Below are positions 49,435-58,547 of a stretch of 64,000 bases of DNA, piece by piece. A program made the translations under genes and the position numbers. The stretch is from assembly GCA_964387885.1 (NCBI GenBank), contig CAYLYZ010000001.1, positions 175,903 through 239,902 of the forward strand, in the 5' to 3' direction. The notes beneath the pieces were generated by a model. The model saw only the letters and a list, made by a program, of their open reading frames with translations. It did no database searches and had not been told where the DNA came from. The stretch is from an uncultured bacterium (GTDB taxonomy: Bacteria > Electryoneota > AABM5-125-24 > Hatepunaeales > Hatepunaeaceae). Within the stretch, counting starts at the first letter, position 1; every line of letters starts with the position of its first letter.

Positions 49435-50628
49435 TCACTCAGGAGAAGTTGGTGTGTTCATTGAATTCACGCGTCTCAGAAACTGACGATACAGACTACG
49501 AGACAGAGCCTCAAGCGCTTTTGAGTCACCCTGTCTGAAACTGTTCCTGAATTGCCCAAGAACCTCGATGCGATCATCGTCGAGTCTCTTTCGAAGTTCA
49601 GATGCACCAAAATCACTCGATTTGCGACGCCACTGTTCAAATACATCAACCTGTTCTTCAATGAGGTCTAATGCATAGGGCATTTCAACTGCTCGATCCT
49701 GCTGTACATCATCCAAATATCTTTTCAGATCATCAAGATCAAGAACTGTTACCCCTGATGCCTCTGCTACTTGCGGTTCGATATCCCGTGGAACCGCCAG
49801 GTCAACCGCTACTAATTGCCTGTTGTCACGGGGAATTGTTAAATTATCTTTAAGTACTACAAAATCGTTAGCTGAGGTTGCACTAAACAAGAGATCAGAA
49901 TTTGCAATCACTTCCGAAATATTTTCAATAGAATCTGTCAGGGCACCTACAGTGCGAGCCAATTTCTCAGCTTTGTGAACTGTCCTGTTCAGGATTGTAA
50001 TATTAACACTCTCACGGTTAAGCCTGCGAACGAGCATATCCGTTGATCTATTAACACCAATCACCGCTGCACTTAATCCGGAAATTTTTATTCCAAGAAG
50101 ATCTTTTAAAATATCAACAGCCGCACCGGCCAGCCCTTGAGCACCGATACCAATTTCTGTTTCACTTCGGATTCGTTTTGATATCTGGAAGGCATTGTGG
50201 AAAAGCTTGTGTAATCCTTTTCCAGGGCCATCAACTGAACAGGCTTCACTATAGGAGGATTTCACCTGTCCTAGTATCTGATACTCACCAAGTAATACTG
50301 AATCAAGCCCTGGTGCTACTTTAAACAGGTGTCTTGCTGCACTCGTTCCCTGACGGACAAATAGGAGTTTATCGAGATTCTTTTTATTACCGGTTATCCC
50401 TCGCGACTCATAAAAGGATGTAACACCTTCTTTTGCGTCGACTTTCTCACGATCTATTCTGTAGAATTCAATTCTGTTGCATGTTGCAAGAACAACAGCT
50501 TCAGGAGCTCCTGTTATTTCCTTAAAATCACTGGTTGCTTTTGCCAGCTCGTCCTTTTGCAATTGAAAAGGCTCTCTTTCTGACAAAGTGCAAGTATTAT
50601 GATTTATTCCACAACAACTTAAGAACAC
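49435..50628 (-). CDS. hemA: Glutamyl-tRNA reductase.
   Basis: The catalytic Cys in VLATCNRIEFY and an NADPH Rossmann motif (AAVIGVNRSTDMLVRRL) are present. Confidence 0.9.
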   Translation of the reverse strand: MFLSCCGINHNTCTLSEREPFQLQKDELAKATSDFKEITGAPEAVVLATCNRIEFYRIDREKVDAKEGVTSFYESRGITGNKKNLDKLLFVRQGTSAARHLFKVAPGLDSVLLGEYQILGQVKSSYSEACSVDGPGKGLHKLFHNAFQISKRIRSETEIGIGAQGLAGAAVDILKDLLGIKISGLSAAVIGVNRSTDMLVRRLNRESVNITILNRTVHKAEKLARTVGALTDSIENISEVIANSDLLFSATSANDFVVLKDNLTIPRDNRQLVAVDLAVPRDIEPQVAEASGVTVLDLDDLKRYLDDVQQDRAVEMPYALDLIEEQVDVFEQWRRKSSDFGASELRKRLDDDRIEVLGQFRNSFRQGDSKALEALSRSLYRQFLRRVNSMNTPTSPE

Positions 50629-50634
50629 AATTCT

Positions 50635-52344
50635 CTACGCCTTCTCATTTTGGCTTTCCATACTCGTGCTTATATTTTTAGGCATAAACAAAGCACCACC
50701 AGCCAGGATTCCAACATCACTCCATCCCGCTCGTCTTAAAATCAGAGCCGCATCCCAGGACCTACTCCCCATTTCACAGATAATCACCAATGTACACTTT
50801 TTCGGGATATCGTTAATTCTCCCTCTGAGTTCTTCGATAGGGATTTCTACATATCGATGATTTCTCTTATCGATTACAACGGTCTCTATCTCTTCAGGTT
50901 TTCTGACATCGAGGATTACCGTTTCATCTGAAAGGCTGTAAAAATCATTTGGAGAAATCAATTTAACACCGGCTGAGCGACTATTGTCTTCAATAAAAGC
51001 CATTGTGTGGAATGGATCAAATGGCTGTGAAAAGGGCGGAGAGTATGCCTGCTCAAGATCAGTTAACTTATCTATAGCCCACCCGGCATGAACAATCTGA
51101 GCTGCCTTATCTGCAAGGTGAAGGACATCACCTCTGGCTATTGCCTGCACACCAAGGATCTGTCCGTTCTTGTCATCATAAATGAGCTTGATATGGGTTT
51201 TTCCAGACTCTGGAAAATACCACAAACGATCGTGGAAAGTACCCCAGCAACTCGATATATCGTAGCCGTTCTCCCGGCAAGATGCAGAGCTCAACCCAAC
51301 CGAAGTAATTGCCAAATCAAAAAACTTCACGATAGTTACACCTGCAACAGGACCAAATCTTGAGTCACCATTGCAAATATTATCACCCGCAATTCTACCC
51401 ATCCGGTTAGCAAGAGATCCAAGAGCCCAATAGCCTGGTTTACCATCAACAGCATTGGTCATTTCAGCACAGTCACCGGCTGCGTAAATCTCCGGATCCG
51501 ATGTCTGCAATCTATCATTAACTTCGATCCCTCCAGTCACTCCGAGCTTTAGTCCTGTATCGTCAGCAAGCCTTGAGTTAGGAATAACTCCCGTAACTAC
51601 AAGAACCTTGTCAACAGTTATCGTTTCGTCTTCACCATCGGTTAGGACAAGCTTCTCACCGACTTTTTTGATCTCGCGACAATTGCATCCAAGCTTCAGG
51701 TTTACTCCCTGCTCAATCAGTTCCGATTCAACCAGTCGCGAGAGTTCTGGATCAAGGATCCCGGACATTACCTGTGATCGGAGTTCAATTAGATGTACAT
51801 CCACACCCCACATTGCACGGAAAGCTTCGCATAATTCAATACCGATGAAACCACCGCCAATAATTGCGACTGAACCTATCTTTCCTTGCTCGAGCTCTTT
51901 TCTCGTTTTAATCGCATCATTCAAAGTATGGAAGTACTCAACGCCTGGTAATGTTATTCCGGGAATGCCGGGGAGCAATGGGGATGAACCTGTAGCGATA
52001 ACCAGACGGTCATATGGCAGAGTTTTGGGCGAGTTCGATTTTAAATCGACGCAGCGAACAAACCTCGCAATTCGGTCAATCGAAACAGCCTCGTGCCCTG
52101 TTAAGATTTCAACACCTTTTACATCGTGGAAATACTTCATATCCTTGATCGTACCGGCCGGGGTTGAAATGAGATCTTTAGCCTGATCGATATCTCCGGA
52201 CAAAAAATATGCCATACCGCAAGTGGAATACCCAAAGGTATCCTCTTTTACGATAACGGTTACGTTAGCATCCGGTTGTAGACGGTGGATTCGGCATGCG
52301 GCTTTTAGACCCGCAGCCGAACCACCGATAACGATAACTTCCAT
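50635..52344 (-). CDS. CoA-disulfide reductase / NADH oxidase family flavoprotein fused to a C-terminal rhodanese domain (NADH-dependent persulfide/polysulfide reductase-like).
   Basis: The FAD motif VIVIGGSAAGLKAA and the CoADR-type redox Cys YSTCGMAY are present. The C-terminal rhodanese module has the active-site loop CEMGSRS (Cys + 4 residues + Arg; the canonical rhodanese loop is CX5R/T). Confidence 0.75.
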   Translation of the reverse strand: MEVIVIGGSAAGLKAACRIHRLQPDANVTVIVKEDTFGYSTCGMAYFLSGDIDQAKDLISTPAGTIKDMKYFHDVKGVEILTGHEAVSIDRIARFVRCVDLKSNSPKTLPYDRLVIATGSSPLLPGIPGITLPGVEYFHTLNDAIKTRKELEQGKIGSVAIIGGGFIGIELCEAFRAMWGVDVHLIELRSQVMSGILDPELSRLVESELIEQGVNLKLGCNCREIKKVGEKLVLTDGEDETITVDKVLVVTGVIPNSRLADDTGLKLGVTGGIEVNDRLQTSDPEIYAAGDCAEMTNAVDGKPGYWALGSLANRMGRIAGDNICNGDSRFGPVAGVTIVKFFDLAITSVGLSSASCRENGYDISSCWGTFHDRLWYFPESGKTHIKLIYDDKNGQILGVQAIARGDVLHLADKAAQIVHAGWAIDKLTDLEQAYSPPFSQPFDPFHTMAFIEDNSRSAGVKLISPNDFYSLSDETVILDVRKPEEIETVVIDKRNHRYVEIPIEELRGRINDIPKKCTLVIICEMGSRSWDAALILRRAGWSDVGILAGGALFMPKNISTSMESQNEKA

Positions 52345-52364
52345 GATCTTATTCTACCAAAAAC

Positions 52365-53519
52365 TCAAGCAATCGATTTACGCACACCAAGCGCAATCTT
52401 ATATAGAACTGTTATAATCCCGGCACCAAGTGCATACACAGCAAGTGTAATTGCTACTTCCGGGAATGTTGGCATATATTCTGTCACTGTACCCAATGGT
52501 GATGGGATAAATCCGGTAACAACCATTCCCATTCCTTTATCGATCCAAATGGACAGGAAAAGAATAATACATGCAAATACAAGAACGTTTTCTTTCTTTC
52601 GTGTATTTGGATTAAGTAAAAGGACTAAGGATAATACAGCCAGAACAACCGAAGCCCACATCCATGGAACTAATGCTGTTTTATCTCCGAGACCAAAAAA
52701 CATATAGGTAAAATGCGACGTATGTTCAGGCATACTGCTATAATAAGCGGTGAACAACTCCATCAGGATCAGGAATATGTTCAAACACATCGCATACGTA
52801 ACGATTAACGCAAGCTGTTGCATTGCTTTCTTACCGATATCAAATGTTGATACTTTTTTCAGCACCATCGCAATAATAATCAATAATGCTGGTCCCGCAG
52901 CAAATGCAGAAGCAAGGAATCGCGGAGCTATCACAGCACTCAACCAGAACGGGCGACCCGCCAGTCCTGAATAAAGGAACGCGGTTACCGTATGAATGCT
53001 AAAAGCCCAGGGTATTGATAGAATGATGAAAGGTTTAATCCATTTCGGAGGAGCAATCCCTTTCTTCTCTGCGTTTAGACTGAAATGGCTGATGAATACG
53101 TTTAGTATCAGATACCCAAACAAAACAACTGTATCCCAGAACATCATTGATGATGGGGACGGATGCAGAAACACGTTCGTGATCCGAAACGGCATACCCA
53201 TATCTACAAAGATAAAGGACATGCACATGATACATGCACCAATTGCAACGAATTCACCGAGAACGGTCATTTTCCCGAATGCTTTATAATTGTGGAGATA
53301 ATATGGGAGCACAACCATCACTGCAGATGCAGCGACACCAACAAGAAAGGTGAATTGAGCGATATAGAATCCCCAGGTTACATCTCTACTTAATCCTGTG
53401 ATACCGAGCCCGTAGTCAAATTGTTTCAGGTAGAAAAGTACTCCGAAACCAATGACTGCTGCGAGGGCGAAAAGCCAGACCCAATACCCTTTATTCCCAC
53501 TTAATGCTTTTTCTAACAT
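52365..53519 (-). CDS. dsrP: DsrP, the NrfD/PsrC-like integral membrane quinone-interacting subunit of the DsrMKJOP complex.
   Basis: A 384 aa polytopic membrane protein of the NrfD family, sitting directly downstream of the DsrO-type ferredoxin. Confidence 0.75.
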   Translation of the reverse strand: MLEKALSGNKGYWVWLFALAAVIGFGVLFYLKQFDYGLGITGLSRDVTWGFYIAQFTFLVGVAASAVMVVLPYYLHNYKAFGKMTVLGEFVAIGACIMCMSFIFVDMGMPFRITNVFLHPSPSSMMFWDTVVLFGYLILNVFISHFSLNAEKKGIAPPKWIKPFIILSIPWAFSIHTVTAFLYSGLAGRPFWLSAVIAPRFLASAFAAGPALLIIIAMVLKKVSTFDIGKKAMQQLALIVTYAMCLNIFLILMELFTAYYSSMPEHTSHFTYMFFGLGDKTALVPWMWASVVLAVLSLVLLLNPNTRKKENVLVFACIILFLSIWIDKGMGMVVTGFIPSPLGTVTEYMPTFPEVAITLAVYALGAGIITVLYKIALGVRKSIA

Positions 53520-53526
53520 CTAAGCC

Positions 53527-54300
53527 TCACACTATGTAGTAAATTTGAGGTTCGGTTCCAAGACCTGGCCTACGACGAATTGTAAAATTATTTTCCAGAA
53601 GCTCTCTGACTTTACTGTGAGTATCATTTAAATCACCAAAAGTCAGTGCTCCCGCCTTACAGGCATCAACACACGACGGCATTTTTCCTCTCGCCAGACG
53701 TTCCTCACAGAATGTACATTTCTCAACAACTCCGCGCATCCGAGTCGGATATTCAAGGTTGATTTTCTTCTTCAGATTGTCAGCCTCACGAGGATCGCGC
53801 CAATTGAAACTACGAGCCCCATAAGGACAGGCAACAACACAATACCGACAACCAATACATCTGTGCCAATCCATCATTACTATACCATCCTCATCCCGTT
53901 TCCATGTCGACTGAGTCGGACATGCTTTTACACAGGGCGGATTATCACAGTGGTTGCATAGGACGATTGAAGGGCCATGTAGAATATGCTCGGCAAGGTG
54001 GTCATGACCTACATCATGAAATGCCCCATGAAAACTCTCTTTCCAGATCCACTTTAATTCATCCTTCGGATTACCGAAATCTGGTACATTGTGTGTTTGA
54101 TGACAGGCATCTACGCATGCTGTACAATCTTTTTCATGGTGACATTTAGGAAGATCAATTACCATTGCCCATCTTTTACCGGATTTCTTTGATCCTTCAG
54201 GAATCTTTACCTTTGCAAAAAGATCGATGGCTGGACCAGCTGTCAAACCGACCGTACCAAGTCCGGCTAATTTAAGGAAATCTCTTCTGTCTATACTCAT
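53527..54300 (-). CDS. dsrO: DsrO, a periplasmic Tat-exported 4x[4Fe-4S] ferredoxin subunit.
   Basis: It has a Tat signal RRDFLKLAGLG and four Cys clusters (CTACVDAC, CNHCDNPPCVKACP, CIGCRYCVVACPYGA, CTFCEERL...CVDAC). Confidence 0.8.
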   Translation of the reverse strand: MSIDRRDFLKLAGLGTVGLTAGPAIDLFAKVKIPEGSKKSGKRWAMVIDLPKCHHEKDCTACVDACHQTHNVPDFGNPKDELKWIWKESFHGAFHDVGHDHLAEHILHGPSIVLCNHCDNPPCVKACPTQSTWKRDEDGIVMMDWHRCIGCRYCVVACPYGARSFNWRDPREADNLKKKINLEYPTRMRGVVEKCTFCEERLARGKMPSCVDACKAGALTFGDLNDTHSKVRELLENNFTIRRRPGLGTEPQIYYIV

Positions 54301-54680
54301 TATTTAAAGTCCTCCGGTACGATATGACACGTCCAGCAATAGGGTTTAACTCCCATATAGTTATGGCATTGGTCACAGAACTTCTCCTTGCTCGGATGAC
54401 AGTCCAGGCAAGTGTTGGTTAAACTGCGATCATACTTTTTCCCATTTGGAGCCACATGATCCCTCTCACCTTTTCGAACGACTTCTTCACGCCATTCGTT
54501 CAGCAAGTCCATGTGATAAGCAGTCATATATTCTTTTTCCATAACACATGCTTCACCTTTTGGCTTTTCAAGCTTAGGTCTTTCGGAAGACGTTCCTGTA
54601 GCCAGGTTAAGCCAAATCGGGATTGTCATGAGAACGACGAATATAATCACACCGATTACAACGTTTCTCTTATCACTCAT
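54300..54680 (-). CDS. dsrJ: DsrJ, a triheme cytochrome c.
   Basis: A 126 aa protein with an N-terminal TM/signal segment and three CxxCH motifs (CLDCH, CDQCH, CWTCH). Confidence 0.8.
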   Translation of the reverse strand: MSDKRNVVIGVIIFVVLMTIPIWLNLATGTSSERPKLEKPKGEACVMEKEYMTAYHMDLLNEWREEVVRKGERDHVAPNGKKYDRSLTNTCLDCHPSKEKFCDQCHNYMGVKPYCWTCHIVPEDFK

Positions 54681-56298
54681 CCTTATTACCCTCCTCGGTT
54701 AAGAAGGGTTCGCCACGCATATCGGTACGATCCTCCTTCTCACCTTTCATAACGAGTGCATTTCCAACAAGTTCATGTACACCTGCAACCTGTACTTCCG
54801 GAACCCAGAACTCCAATAAAGGAGGTAGGGTTGCCTTATCAATAGCGCAAACACAGGAAAGGACGTTAACACCGTGTTTTTCATGAACATGTTTGACAGC
54901 ATTTGCTCGAGGCAAACCTCCACGCATCCTCATTTCGAAGTTTTCATCGGTACCAAGTCCCGAACCACTTCCACAGCAGAATGTCTGTTCGCGAATGGTG
55001 TTCTCCGGCATTTCATGGAATTTGTTTACAACATTATTTATTACATACCTGGGTTCATCAAGCAATCCCATCGCACGAGCCGGATTACAAGAATCGTGGA
55101 ATGTAACATTCCACTGATCATTTCGGCTTTTATCGAGTTTCAGCTTATTATTTTTTAACAAGTCAGCAGTGAACTCACAAATGTGAACCATTTTCGTGGA
55201 TTTAGCATTCTCAAATACAGTACCCGTTATTGGAGACTTTGGTACTTCCATGAAGTCTGCAGGACCGTTCATCGTGTCCATATACTGGTGAAGTACTCGC
55301 CACATGTGACCGCATTCAGCACCGATAATCCACTTTACACCAAGTCGTTTGGCTTCCATATAGATTTTAGAATTCAAAGTTTTCATCATCTCGTTGGAAT
55401 GGAAAAGTCCGAAATTCCCACCCTCGGATGCAAAAGCGCTGAGGGTATAATCGAGTCCGATTTCATGGAACAATGAAAGATAGCCGAGGAATCCGAAATA
55501 GTGGGGATCGCCAAAATAGTCTGCTGAGGGTACGACAAATAGAATCTCTGCACCTTTCTTATTTACGGGAGCGTCAACTTTAATACCCGTAATATCTTCC
55601 AGATCGTCAATTGCAAAATCGACACTGTCCTGAAATCCGTGTGGTTGAATACCAAGGTGGTTTCCGGTTCTGAAGCAATTAGCTGCTGGCGTCGTGATCC
55701 AGTCAATCCCAAGTCCAAGTAACTGTAATAGCTCACGAACCATCATCGTGATTTCTGCAGTGTCAATCCCATACGGACAGAAAACAGAACATCTCCGACA
55801 CTCCGTACACTGATAGAAATAATAGAACCATTCTTTGATCACATCGACGGTTAATTCACGGCCTCCAGCCATCTTACCCATTATCTTACCGGCAAGAGTA
55901 TATTCCTTCCTGTAAATCGACCGCAGCAATTCTGCTCTGAGAACAGGCATATTCTTCGGATCACCGGAACCGATGAAAAAATGGCATTTATCCGCGCAAG
56001 CACCACAGCGAACGCAGATATCCATAAATACTTTGAGTGATCTAAATCTGTCCAAACGGTCTCGCAAACCATCGAATATTATTTGCTGCCAATTAGCTGG
56101 AAGCTGCCAATCTTCTTCATTAGTCTGCCATTTACGTGGATTCGGGAGGTCAAGATATTCTTGCGACTTTTGTATTGCAGCCCAGTTGAAAGTTCCCTTC
56201 TTATATTCGGTTTTTGGGTCTTCCCAACCTTTTTTGGAAGGAGTAAATTCTATCTGAGCTACGCTTTCTGGTGTAGGTTTTTTTTCTGACATACTCAC
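54673..56298 (-). CDS. dsrK: DsrK, the HdrD-like catalytic subunit with CCG domains.
   Basis: It has two ferredoxin motifs (CVRCGACADKC, CTECRRCSVFCP) and CCG domains (FCCGSGSG), in a 541 aa protein. Confidence 0.85.
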   Translation of the reverse strand: MSMSEKKPTPESVAQIEFTPSKKGWEDPKTEYKKGTFNWAAIQKSQEYLDLPNPRKWQTNEEDWQLPANWQQIIFDGLRDRLDRFRSLKVFMDICVRCGACADKCHFFIGSGDPKNMPVLRAELLRSIYRKEYTLAGKIMGKMAGGRELTVDVIKEWFYYFYQCTECRRCSVFCPYGIDTAEITMMVRELLQLLGLGIDWITTPAANCFRTGNHLGIQPHGFQDSVDFAIDDLEDITGIKVDAPVNKKGAEILFVVPSADYFGDPHYFGFLGYLSLFHEIGLDYTLSAFASEGGNFGLFHSNEMMKTLNSKIYMEAKRLGVKWIIGAECGHMWRVLHQYMDTMNGPADFMEVPKSPITGTVFENAKSTKMVHICEFTADLLKNNKLKLDKSRNDQWNVTFHDSCNPARAMGLLDEPRYVINNVVNKFHEMPENTIREQTFCCGSGSGLGTDENFEMRMRGGLPRANAVKHVHEKHGVNVLSCVCAIDKATLPPLLEFWVPEVQVAGVHELVGNALVMKGEKEDRTDMRGEPFLTEEGNKDE

Positions 56299-57287
56299 TC
56301 CTTCTCCAGGGGCATATCCGCCGCCTTCATTACATCACGGAATTCGTCTTCCCACTCTTCGTAGGTGTGAAGTTTTACTTTCGGATTCCATGGATTGATG
56401 TGGCGTACTTCCCTGTTATTGTTAGACATATTTCGCGTTGGACTTAAGAAAATACCGCCCATATGCATCAATTTACTCAGCGGGAAATAAATCAACAGCA
56501 CGCTCACAAGGAATAAGTGGACGAAAAATATCGCGTCAATTCCCTCTGGGATAACGGGCTGGAAGCTAAATAATCCAAGTGTAAACTGTTTTACACCGAT
56601 TATATCGACCTTGCCAAAATACCTCATCCACACACCTGTAAGGGCAATCCCTATTATAAGCAGCAGTGGAAAATAATCCGCAACGAGAGAAATGTAGCGC
56701 AGCTTAGGATCAATAATTCTTCTGAAGAACAGGACAGTTAATCCGAGCAGAAGGACAGCATCGGTCATGAATAAAATTGGCAAGCCAATTTGCATGAATC
56801 CATCAAGACTTTCCAGAAGAGGAATAAAACTGGGAACTTCCTGAAGAAAAATCTTAAAATGACGTATAAAAATCACGAGAAATGACCAATGAAAGGCAAG
56901 GGATGCCGCCCATAAAATCTTATCTGGTCCGTACACGATTTTTGGTCCCTCTTTCAGTCCTGTTCTTGTATTTCTGAACAATGATCTGAAAAACAGAACC
57001 TCTAATACCATCCGCCAGAAAACACCAGCGGTGTTATGCGGACTTTCAAGGTTATTGTTGTTAATCCATGGTAACGACTTCTGCTGCCCGCAAGTAGTTG
57101 TTATCTTGAATGGTACAGGTATCTTCGCCCATTTCAGGACACGGATGCTCATCCCGATCACAAAAGTAAGAATTGCAATGTAAGGGATTATTACTCCAAA
57201 AAGATACACCAAACCACTGACCTTGGATCCGATTAACGGAATTCCGAAGAGGATTAACACTAATATTAGGGAAATGATAAATTTCAT
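56295..57287 (-). CDS. dsrM: DsrM, a NarI-like dihaem cytochrome b membrane subunit.
   Basis: It is a ~330 aa polytopic membrane protein of the NarI/HdrE type that precedes dsrK. The ORF track started it at a TTG; the ATG 6 nt downstream (MKFIISL) is more likely. Confidence 0.75.
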   Translation of the reverse strand: MKFIISLILVLILFGIPLIGSKVSGLVYLFGVIIPYIAILTFVIGMSIRVLKWAKIPVPFKITTTCGQQKSLPWINNNNLESPHNTAGVFWRMVLEVLFFRSLFRNTRTGLKEGPKIVYGPDKILWAASLAFHWSFLVIFIRHFKIFLQEVPSFIPLLESLDGFMQIGLPILFMTDAVLLLGLTVLFFRRIIDPKLRYISLVADYFPLLLIIGIALTGVWMRYFGKVDIIGVKQFTLGLFSFQPVIPEGIDAIFFVHLFLVSVLLIYFPLSKLMHMGGIFLSPTRNMSNNNREVRHINPWNPKVKLHTYEEWEDEFRDVMKAADMPLEKE

Positions 57288-57401
57288 TAGCAATTCCCTG
57301 ATAATGAGTTATTCCGGTATATCATAATTGCCCTCAATCTCCTCAATTGGAAAGAAACCAAATCTACACTTTAGGTGCGGTTTGATTCACTTATTTCCGG
57401 T

Positions 57402-57911
57402 CTACTCCTGAGGTTCAATCAATCCTGCACGAGTCAGGAGTTTAAAATATTTTCTCTTCACCTCATTGGCTCTGATTTCGAAAGTCTTCTCACGACATGC
57501 TACATAAAGGTCAAAAGCCAACAAACAAAGGTGGTCTATTCTGTTTTCAAACGCAGTTAATTCATCGAAATCGCTTTTTTTCTCGACAAATTTAAACAGG
57601 TGTGAACGAATGATATTTTTAAGTTCAAAAGTAAAACTGATAGCTTGGGAAGGAGAGAAATCCTGTACTGATCTGATGTGTATAACTTCATCAAGTTCCT
57701 TCCTGACCAGATCCACATCCGGAGAATCCAATAATGACTCAAAAATCGTTTCGAGACACCTTGAGAGTGTATGACCTACAGGATTATGGAACCGATTCTT
57801 TTTACCTGTCAAAAACTTCAAACCGCCTTCAAGATATGAACTGAAAAGTATATTCTGCCACTCTTCAATAATTCCTTCTTTCTCTGCTCTAAGTATTTCT
57901 TTGAGCTTCAT
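57402..57911 (-). CDS. dsrT: DsrT-like protein (RsbRD-N-like small protein that commonly precedes dsrMKJOP).
   Basis: A 169 aa soluble alpha-helical protein immediately upstream of dsrM. The assignment rests on position and size more than on motifs. Confidence 0.45.
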   Translation of the reverse strand: MKLKEILRAEKEGIIEEWQNILFSSYLEGGLKFLTGKKNRFHNPVGHTLSRCLETIFESLLDSPDVDLVRKELDEVIHIRSVQDFSPSQAISFTFELKNIIRSHLFKFVEKKSDFDELTAFENRIDHLCLLAFDLYVACREKTFEIRANEVKRKYFKLLTRAGLIEPQE

Positions 57912-58180
57912 ATCTGAGACGGTCTTGCGTTTTCATATCTGTTAAGCTGTATACAGATAAAAATCTCGCTTCTCTCCGGTTATTTGTAAATTGGATTAAA
58001 TGATCAATATCTCAAATCCAGAACAGAGCAAATGATCAACATAGCCATCGCGATTTACTTTTCTCAAACCTGCAGATCTGCATGAATCATCAACAAACGA
58101 ACGGTATTTAATTCCACCGAATGAATGTTTAGTACGCTTACCTGCAGGCCAGAGAATTTACCAGCTAAACAAACCGGAGA

Positions 58181-58498
58181 TCAGACACACCCGGTTGGCT
58201 TGGCAAGACCTGCAACCTTACAGGCACCCTTTGCAGGACCTGATGGGAACATGTCATATACTTCCTTGAGTGAGAATCCGGTTTCTTTACAGAGCTTGCG
58301 GATCATCGGTGCAATACCGAATTTGGCATAGTAATCACGAAGATAATTAATCATTTTCCAATGATTATCATCAAGTTCATCAACACCTTCGGTACTTGCT
58401 AATGCAAGAGCTACTCTGTCATCCCATTGTTCGGGATTTTCCATGAATCCGTCTTCATCGACATCAATTTTGACTTCATTCCACTCAAATGTCGCCAT
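58181..58498 (-). CDS. dsrC: DsrC, the sulfite reductase co-substrate / sulfur carrier.
   Basis: A 105 aa protein with a C-terminal arm ...GPAKGACKVAGLAKPTGCV carrying the two conserved Cys (CysB, and CysA penultimate). GGAGG lies upstream. Confidence 0.9.
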   Translation of the reverse strand: MATFEWNEVKIDVDEDGFMENPEQWDDRVALALASTEGVDELDDNHWKMINYLRDYYAKFGIAPMIRKLCKETGFSLKEVYDMFPSGPAKGACKVAGLAKPTGCV

Positions 58499-58547
58499 TT
58501 TAGTTTCCTCCGTAATCTATTTAGATTAAAATTTTCTGCCCAACAAG

